NCBI RefSeq assembly: GCF_036507355.1
Contig: NZ_AP027877.1
Length of the DNA: 64,000 bases
DNA from: Escherichia coli
Lineage (GTDB): Bacteria > Pseudomonadota > Gammaproteobacteria > Enterobacterales > Enterobacteriaceae
Reading direction: 5' to 3' (one strand)
The stretch's first letter is position 1; each line of letters opens with the position of its first letter. The notes beneath the pieces were generated by a model, which saw only the letters and a program-made list of their open reading frames with translations, made no database searches and had not been told where the DNA came from. Made by a program: the position numbers and the translations under genes. Positions 58,004-64,000 of this stretch are shown here, piece after piece.

Positions 58004-60275
58004 GGAAAACTCCCCAGTTTTGCAGCGATGCCAGTGCCTGCTGTTCGAGTTGTTGATGATGTGCAATGGCTTGTGGTGGGCAATGCAACGGCATTTGCAG
58101 CGCCGAAACGGGAAGTTGCGCCAGTTGATAATGTTCAAGCACCTGATGCGCCAGCGTCCCGCGTTCTCGTGGTGGTAGCCAGGCCATCGCCGCGCGTAAA
58201 TCGGGCAGGGCATTGATAAAATCGGCATCACTTAGTTGATTTAAATGACTGCTGAAACCGGCGATAAATGCCGGCTGACAGGCCAGTTGATGGCGGGCCA
58301 GCGCCAGCAAACCGTGCAGCGCTTCGCTGGATTGTGCCGGGGATAACTGCGCCAGCATCGTCAGCGCCGCTTCGGCACTAGCGTTGGGATGTTCCAGACG
58401 CATCAGTGCGCCAAGAGCCGCGCCGCGATCCAGCGCCGGGGCATGATTCGCATGACTGCGGCGCTCCAGTAAGGCTACCGCCGCAGAAAGCGAAACGCCG
58501 GATAAATTAACGCCGCTATGTAGATCGCGCAGAATATGGCAAAGCGCTTGCCAGCTATGCAGGTGAGCGTGAAACTCCTTTTCATCCGGTCTGCCGTTAG
58601 ATTCACACAGCCACAGCGTGCGATCGATAGCCGCGCATAACGTCGTCTGTAATATCTGCGCGCCTTGCATACCGCTGATTTCATCCAGCCGCCATAAGGC
58701 ATATAGCACTTCCAGCGCCTGGCCCATTTCGGCAAATTGATTTTCCTGGGCTATTAATAATGTGAGTTGTTCCAGTAATTGTTGACTGAAGGACGCCAGA
58801 CCCGCTAACGCTGCCTGGCTAAGACATGTGGTGATACTGCCGATTCCACCCGCGTCCAGCATATCGGCTTCTAATTTATGGCGTGCGGCTTCCTGGAGTG
58901 TGGCACCAAAGCAGGCGGCCTCAATCAATGCCGCATGCTGGCTAAGCGGGCGGGTTAATTTCCAGCGTTCTTCACCATTGCCTGCAAGTGTCAGTGTACT
59001 TCCCTGCTGGCGTACAATCCCTGGGATCTCCAGTATTGCCAGCCGATGTAACACCTGACTTTGCGCTAGTCCATTGGGGTTAAAGCGATTTAAGGTAAGC
59101 TCCGCCGGAAGAGAGATTGTGGTACGTTCCAGTTCGCAGGTGACATCTTTTGGCAGAGGCGGTTGTGGCGTGGAGGGGGCAAGTTTACCGAATCCGTCAC
59201 CCGCTAATGTGTCTATCAACGTTAGCAGAATCGGATCGGTGTCGGGATGAATAACTCCGCGATAACTCCACGGCAACGGCGCATTCAGGGCTTCTTTAAT
59301 CAGCGAGCCTGCTATGGCATCCAGCCAGTCAGTGCGTAACGGTAGTTTATGTCCGCGCAACTGTGCCAGCGCCATCGCATGCAGATGAGCGGCAGCCATA
59401 TCCGCGGTCGAAGCAGGCAAGTGGTGTTGGCGCAAACGGGTAAGAACCGTTTTTAGCAGTTGTTCTCCCGCCTGCTGTAAGCCCCACTGCCAGCACCAGC
59501 TTTGCCAGACCGGGGCAGGCATTCCGGAAAGGTATCCTGCCAGCACATCAAGGCGCTTTTCACTGTAGGGTGTGAGATAACAACCTGTAACGGCATCTGC
59601 CAGCGACGGCAATTCTGGCGTGTTAATTTCCTGCGGACATTCGCGCCACATTTTTGCCAGTGCCGGAGCGTGCCAGCCACCGCAGACAACTAACACGTCG
59701 CCATTATTTTGCTGCATCGCCCATCCAATCCAGCGGGCCATAAAGGCTTCGCGCTGACGATTGAGTGCATCTCCGGGGGAGTCGCCCCGCAGTTGGGCAA
59801 AATAGTGCGCCAGCGCAGAGGGTAATGCAGTTTGCTGGCTTTCATCTTCGAACAAGTGATCCCACAGGGTATCGCTGTTATCCATGCGGGTGGCACGCAG
59901 CAGTAAGGCCTGGCTTTCATCTTGCGTATCAGGCGAATCGTCCTCTTCTTCACTCTGTGCCCAGCAAGGCAAATCGATGAAGTAAGTTTGTGCCTGAATA
60001 CGACGTGCGGCTTGTAGCGCCTGCCACTCCGGCGAAAATTCAGCAAATGGCGTCCAGGCACCGCGCCCGGGGGCCGTACCGTCCTGATACTGGCAATAAC
60101 TGTAAATAGCTACCGGAAGCTGGTGGGCTAAAAACAGTTCGTCTACCAGGTCATTAAAATCAGCCGGGCCTTCAATCAACACGTATCGTGGCCGCTGGCT
60201 TTCGATTAACGATTTCACCAGCCGGGCGCAGGCCGGGCTATGATGCCGGATGCCGACAATTAACGGCTCGCTCAT
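57996..60275 (-). CDS. yehM: large protein of unknown function (DUF5682-like)
   Basis: ORF 57996..60449 trimmed to MSEPLIVGIRHHSPACARLV... (759 aa); no catalytic motif recognised by eye. Confidence 0.8.
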   Translation of the reverse strand: MSEPLIVGIRHHSPACARLVKSLIESQRPRYVLIEGPADFNDLVDELFLAHQLPVAIYSYCQYQDGTAPGRGAWTPFAEFSPEWQALQAARRIQAQTYFIDLPCWAQSEEEDDSPDTQDESQALLLRATRMDNSDTLWDHLFEDESQQTALPSALAHYFAQLRGDSPGDALNRQREAFMARWIGWAMQQNNGDVLVVCGGWHAPALAKMWRECPQEINTPELPSLADAVTGCYLTPYSEKRLDVLAGYLSGMPAPVWQSWCWQWGLQQAGEQLLKTVLTRLRQHHLPASTADMAAAHLHAMALAQLRGHKLPLRTDWLDAIAGSLIKEALNAPLPWSYRGVIHPDTDPILLTLIDTLAGDGFGKLAPSTPQPPLPKDVTCELERTTISLPAELTLNRFNPNGLAQSQVLHRLAILEIPGIVRQQGSTLTLAGNGEERWKLTRPLSQHAALIEAACFGATLQEAARHKLEADMLDAGGIGSITTCLSQAALAGLASFSQQLLEQLTLLIAQENQFAEMGQALEVLYALWRLDEISGMQGAQILQTTLCAAIDRTLWLCESNGRPDEKEFHAHLHSWQALCHILRDLHSGVNLSGVSLSAAVALLERRSHANHAPALDRGAALGALMRLEHPNASAEAALTMLAQLSPAQSSEALHGLLALARHQLACQPAFIAGFSSHLNQLSDADFINALPDLRAAMAWLPPRERGTLAHQVLEHYQLAQLPVSALQMPLHCPPQAIAHHQQLEQQALASLQNWGVFHV

Positions 60276-60285
60276 GCATCTTTCC

Positions 60286-61374
60286 TCACGGCAGGCGGTG
60301 ACGGGCTTGATAATAAGCCTGCCAGTGAGCTTCTTTATGTGTGGCGACACGCTGTTCGAAGTAACGGCGCAGACGAGCGCGATCTTCTTCGTTATCTTTG
60401 ACGATGGTTCCGGCAATACAGTCCACCAGGTCGGCAGGCTCCCCCGCACGATTCGCTAAAAACCAGGCGCGGACGCCCACAGCGTGAGCCACATTCACGG
60501 CTTCAGCGGTGGACATAATTGCCGTCAGTGTATCCATTGACGTTTTCTTTTCGCCGTTGGCACGCAGATCGCGGAAGGTGCGGACCAGTAACTCCAGTAC
60601 CGCGTCAGGCACTTTATGCGGAATACCGCTATGGGCCAGCAAACGCGCCGAAGCACTGGCGACAAGCTCCAGCTCCTGGGCGAAATCCATAATCGGAAAG
60701 ACAGTTTCAAAATCGAAGCGACGCTTTAGCGCAGCACTCATTTCATTGACGCCGCGATCGCGGGTATTGTCAGTGGCAATAATATTAAAGCCTTCTCGCG
60801 CATAGAGCTGACTGGCTTCACCAGTGAGTTCCGGCACCGTCATCACCCTGTCAGAAAGCATACCTAACAGACAGTCTTGCACTTCCAGCGGTGTACGCGT
60901 TATCTCTTCAAAACGGACGATTTTGCCGTCGCGCATTCCCTGGTAAAGCGGGGCTGGGACCAGCGCTTCCGTTGATGGACCATGATTGATAAGCAGGGCG
61001 TAGTTCCAGCCGTACTTGATTTGATCTTCGGTAGTAGATGCGCCGTCCTGGATGGTTAACCCGGCATCGCCGCTAATAGCGGTTGCCAGTAATTCAGACA
61101 GGAGAGATTTTGCGGTGCCAGATTCCCCCACCAACATCAAACCGCGTCCGGTGGCAAGAGTGACTAACATACGTTCGACAGCGGAGGGACTAATCACCAC
61201 TTTACGGCTAATATTTTGCGCGCTATCGCCAAGGATAAAAGCACGGGCCGCAGGCAAACTTAACTGCCAACCGGGCGGGCAAGGTGCGTTATCATTTTGT
61301 TTTAATTTTGCCAGTTCATCGGCGTATAACACAGCAGCAGGCGGACGCTGCAGATGATTATTCTGCGGTGACAT
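60286..61374 (-). CDS. yehL: MoxR-like AAA+ ATPase
   Basis: ORF 60286..61440 trimmed to MSPQNNHLQRPPAAVLYADE... (362 aa); Walker A GESGTAKS at nt 61105..61128; AAA+ core. Confidence 0.85.
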   Translation of the reverse strand: MSPQNNHLQRPPAAVLYADELAKLKQNDNAPCPPGWQLSLPAARAFILGDSAQNISRKVVISPSAVERMLVTLATGRGLMLVGESGTAKSLLSELLATAISGDAGLTIQDGASTTEDQIKYGWNYALLINHGPSTEALVPAPLYQGMRDGKIVRFEEITRTPLEVQDCLLGMLSDRVMTVPELTGEASQLYAREGFNIIATDNTRDRGVNEMSAALKRRFDFETVFPIMDFAQELELVASASARLLAHSGIPHKVPDAVLELLVRTFRDLRANGEKKTSMDTLTAIMSTAEAVNVAHAVGVRAWFLANRAGEPADLVDCIAGTIVKDNEEDRARLRRYFEQRVATHKEAHWQAYYQARHRLP

Positions 61375-61484
61375 ATATTCATCCCTGAAATGTATTAATG
61401 AAATAAACGATATTTTACGTGCAATAAATGTTTGGCGCATTAGTTGTTTGAGCGAAAAATATCTGGAAAGCAGATCACAGTAAA

Positions 61485-61568
61485 TAAAAAAACCTGCTGG
61501 TGAGGCAGGTTCTTTTATTTACTATTTTCAGGCCTAACACCACAGCCTGTGCAACATCGTGTTCCAAC
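61485..61568 (-). ncRNA. orzO: candidate OrzO-like antitoxin sRNA of the zor/orz type I TA locus
   Basis: Minus-strand sigma70 promoter (-35 TTGCAA 61603..61598, 17-nt spacer, -10 TATAAT 61580..61575) precedes a region whose transcript would be complementary to the zorO 5' UTR (direct DNA repeat 61549..61573 vs 61715..61739), ending at a minus-strand hairpin plus U-tract (stem 61492..61510, A-run 61485..61491 on plus strand). Boundaries approximate. Confidence 0.45.
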
Positions 61569-61574
61569 GAACGA

Positions 61575-61625
61575 ATTATAACCACGGCTGGACCCCGTTG
61601 CAATTAAGATAATGAGATTTATAAT
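61575..61625. promoter_or_regulatory. back-to-back divergent promoters for zorO (+) and orzO (-) sharing one palindromic -35 hexamer
   Basis: Plus strand: TTGCAA (61598..61603), 16-nt spacer, TATAAT (61620..61625). Minus strand: the same self-complementary TTGCAA, 17-nt spacer, TATAAT (61580..61575). Predicted zorO TSS gives a ~174-nt 5' UTR. Confidence 0.45.
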
Positions 61626-61806
61626 CCAGACCGTTGGGACGTTGCGCCGGATCGGACCAATTTTAAGTCCTGGCTACCGGACGGGTGGTGCTGCAGGTGG
61701 TGCCCTGATCCGGAGTGCAACATCGTGGTCCAACATACGTAAACCAGTATCGACAGGCAGTGTAAGGGTAAGGTGCTGGTGTTGCGCTCCTTAATAAGGA
61801 GAGCGG

Positions 61807-61896
61807 ATGGACACGCTGACACAAAAGTTAACCGTGCTCATTGCTGTACTGGAGCTATTAGTAGCTCTGTTACGGTTGATTGATTTGTTGAAGTAA
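61807..61896 (+). CDS. zorO: type I toxin ZorO (29-aa hydrophobic membrane peptide)
   Basis: Read from sequence: AAGGAG RBS then ATG...MDTLTQKLTVLIAVLELLVALLRLIDLLK; matches recalled ZorO of enterohaemorrhagic E. coli; below track cutoff. Confidence 0.8.
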   Translation: MDTLTQKLTVLIAVLELLVALLRLIDLLK

Positions 61897-61919
61897 CGGG
61901 CAAATTGAAACGCATCTAA

Positions 61920-61942
61920 GGGGGAAAACCGCTTCCCCCTTT
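61920..61942 (+). terminator. rho-independent terminator of zorO
   Basis: GGGGGAA-aaccgc-TTCCCCC hairpin followed by TTT. Confidence 0.5.
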
Positions 61943-61950
61943 AATAAAGC

Positions 61951-62005
61951 TATACTCGTCATATTTCAAGTTGCATGTGCTGCGACTTGAATTATCTAGA
62001 GTATA
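61951..62005. repeat. short ERIC-like element (terminal arms only)
   Basis: TATACTCGTCATATTTCAAGTTGCATGTGCTGCG...GAATTATCTAGAGTATA matches the outer arms of the full ERIC at 25744..25869 but lacks the central core. Confidence 0.5.
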
Positions 62006-62323
62006 TTATTCTATTTCTTGGTTGAATATATTCTGTAGTTCACGATTAAAAATTGCTATTACAGTTTCAGGTGATTCACCTCGTAATTTCCGCTCATCAA
62101 TACACTCATCTCTTATATAAATCAACGCATCATTTATTAGCGGGTCAGCATCTTCTCGATCACGTTGATGAAATGTTGGATGTAGCCGGAATCGCTCCAG
62201 TCGATAGACGGAACCTGTAAATAATTCAGAGCATTTATGGATCTCAAGTCTGAAGGAAAACGGATCTTCAGGTACAGGGACCTCATAATCGTAAATAGCA
62301 ACTAGCTCTTTTTGCACGATCAT
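62006..62323 (-). CDS. yehK: small protein of unknown function
   Basis: 105-aa ORF MIVQKELVAIYDYEVPVPEDPFSF...; sits between yehI and the zorO insertion. Confidence 0.8.
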   Translation of the reverse strand: MIVQKELVAIYDYEVPVPEDPFSFRLEIHKCSELFTGSVYRLERFRLHPTFHQRDREDADPLINDALIYIRDECIDERKLRGESPETVIAIFNRELQNIFNQEIE

Positions 62324-62383
62324 CGCTTTCCCCGCTGGTAAGTCGTGTAGATAACGGGCAGTCGCATCACTGCCCGCTGTGTT

Positions 62384-64000
62384 TTAATGGAAAATGACGT
62401 CAGGTGCGCTTAACGCCTCACTCAAATCAAACACATCAAGTTCGGCAAAAGTGACGGATTTATTGTCACGGTACACTCGAAGAGAACGGAAGCTCATTAA
62501 CGCTTTGCTATCAACATTGTAGTGGTTAAAACCGGGTGAAAACTTAAGGACCAGCCGGTACTCGCCCAGGTCATAGACAAATGCGTCCTCATAGCCTGAC
62601 TCCCAGCCTTTGTATCGCATTCCCATAAGTTGCCCAACGGTAGCGGATTTACCTTCCCAGCGAGTCAGGCTGTTACTGGTTGACTCGTCAGGTGTGAGCA
62701 GCACCGTGCGGCGCGACAACTGGCGAAAAGGCGGCATAATTTCGTAATCGGCAAAAAGCTGTGCAAATTCACTGCGCATTTCTGCTGTCATTTCTAACGG
62801 GTGGGCAATGCCAATCAGAGCGTCCGCAGGCAGGTCAATTGGCTCATCTTGCGCATTGCAGAACTCCCCCTCTGCGGCCACACGAAAGGCGTTGAGTAAA
62901 CAACGCGGTTCATTTGCCGGATAAACCCCCCATATTAATCGCTGGGTAACCAGACGGGTAAAGGGATGATTAACAAACAGAGAATGAAAATCTGCCAGCG
63001 ACCAGCGTCGGGTGGTACGTAGGGCAGCTTCAAGACGCGGGAGCAGGTTTTTGCTCACCTGAGTAGCATCTTTTTTTAGCCCTTTTAGTCGGGCCAGTGC
63101 CTCGGGCGCTTTCAGTTGATCGTCATCGGCGCGCAACCGGGGAACGCTTTTCTGGTGAACGTTTTGCTGATCAAAGATAACCGGGTTGAGGTTTTCATCG
63201 AAGCGAACGGTAAACTGCCGGGGACCAAAATCAAAACTCAACGCCTGCGGATCATCAAGGCCCAGGGTTGGGACTAATCTGTCCGCTAGCTCTTCCTGGC
63301 TTAGCCCGCGATTTTCTGCGACCACCTGAAGAAATTCCGCCGCGTTATCACGTAAGGGGCGGGATTTAGCCCGTTGCGATATATGATGCAGCTGTATCAG
63401 CGCCATATCATTATTCATCAGGGTAAGGATGTTCAGGCCGCTGACAGCACGGGCAGATTTGCCTTCTTGTGGCCAGGCGAGGATCTGTGTCGTCAGATCC
63501 CGTGCCGTGCTTTCGTCACCAAAGAGACTTAACGCCAGAAATGCCCAGTTGTCTTTTGCGGGGGCACCAGCTTGTTGCCACGCAGTGAAGAGATCCCAGG
63601 CAAAAGCTGCCAGCGTTTGTGGCTGGCAGAACGTTTTCAGTTGTTCCAGCCCGCTATAAAAACGTCCCCCCTGGGTAAAGCGCAGCATTTCGCCGATAAT
63701 TTCCAGAGCGTCATCGGTAACAGTTTGATTATTAGTGATAAGGCGCGGCCTGGACCACATTTGCGGATGCCAGAAATCAGGGGCTTTTGGAATGCGTGCC
63801 GGGTAAATCTCTATTGGACTCTGTTTAAGTAATTGTTCCAGGGCAGGCCATAGATCTGTACGCTGCCAACGATTGGCTACAGTTTGTAGCAATTCGCCAT
63901 GCCCATGTTCGTAAAGTAAACGCAGGGCAAGTAATGCATCTTCGCTTTTATCGCTAGATTTGGTGAAGACAAGAGGGATAAGTGCAGTAGCCGTATGTTC
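62384..64000 (-). CDS. yehI: DUF4132-family large protein (partial; N-terminal part lies beyond the window end)
   Basis: Track ORF 62384..63892 (502 aa) is an internal-Met artefact; the frame remains open to the window end. Confidence 0.8.
   Translation of the reverse strand, partial: EHTATALIPLVFTKSSDKSEDALLALRLLYEHGHGELLQTVANRWQRTDLWPALEQLLKQSPIEIYPARIPKAPDFWHPQMWSRPRLITNNQTVTDDALEIIGEMLRFTQGGRFYSGLEQLKTFCQPQTLAAFAWDLFTAWQQAGAPAKDNWAFLALSLFGDESTARDLTTQILAWPQEGKSARAVSGLNILTLMNNDMALIQLHHISQRAKSRPLRDNAAEFLQVVAENRGLSQEELADRLVPTLGLDDPQALSFDFGPRQFTVRFDENLNPVIFDQQNVHQKSVPRLRADDDQLKAPEALARLKGLKKDATQVSKNLLPRLEAALRTTRRWSLADFHSLFVNHPFTRLVTQRLIWGVYPANEPRCLLNAFRVAAEGEFCNAQDEPIDLPADALIGIAHPLEMTAEMRSEFAQLFADYEIMPPFRQLSRRTVLLTPDESTSNSLTRWEGKSATVGQLMGMRYKGWESGYEDAFVYDLGEYRLVLKFSPGFNHYNVDSKALMSFRSLRVYRDNKSVTFAELDVFDLSEALSAPDVIFH

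Noticed and set aside
61549-61739. Second zor toxin copy (zorP-like tandem duplicate)
   Set aside because: Only one toxin ORF is present in the window; the repeated sequence is explained as the toxin/antitoxin pairing region, not a second gene.
61612-61794. 60-aa ORF upstream of zorO
   Set aside because: Falls within the predicted long 5' UTR of zorO; composition not protein-like; no RBS.

Overview
This window is an Escherichia coli chromosomal segment that I recognise from the encoded proteins as the psuK-yeiL-nfo-lysP-cirA-folE-galS-mglBAC-preTA-cdd-dusC-dld-bglX-osmF-btsSR-yehQPML-yehKI region, mostly conserved core genes. Three features mark it as non-K-12 (from memory of the K-12 map, not a search): an IS1 copy with 9-bp target-site duplication splitting the nucleoside transporter gene nupX; a six-gene gentisate/3-hydroxybenzoate catabolic cluster (mhbRTDHIM-like) between yohJ and dusC; and a zorO/orzO type I toxin-antitoxin locus between yehK and yehL. 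The most interesting candidate for an undescribed system is the tightly coupled yehL-yehM-yehP-yehQ operon (MoxR-type AAA+ ATPase, large motif-poor protein, VWA protein with MIDAS motif, double SWIM zinc-finger protein), with yehK and the DUF4132-like yehI upstream. As far as I know it has no experimentally defined function, and its architecture resembles NTP-dependent conflict/defence modules. Other points: a hairpin-dense GC-rich non-coding block downstream of dusC, a 28-nt motif shared upstream of the paralogous transporters psuT and nupX, an apparently intact mdtQ, and two small membrane proteins (yohP, yohO) below the ORF-track cutoff. Gene starts were adjusted from the six-frame track by motif and length recall; hand-counted coordinates for small features may be off by 1-2 nt. 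No CRISPR array, rRNA or tRNA was found.
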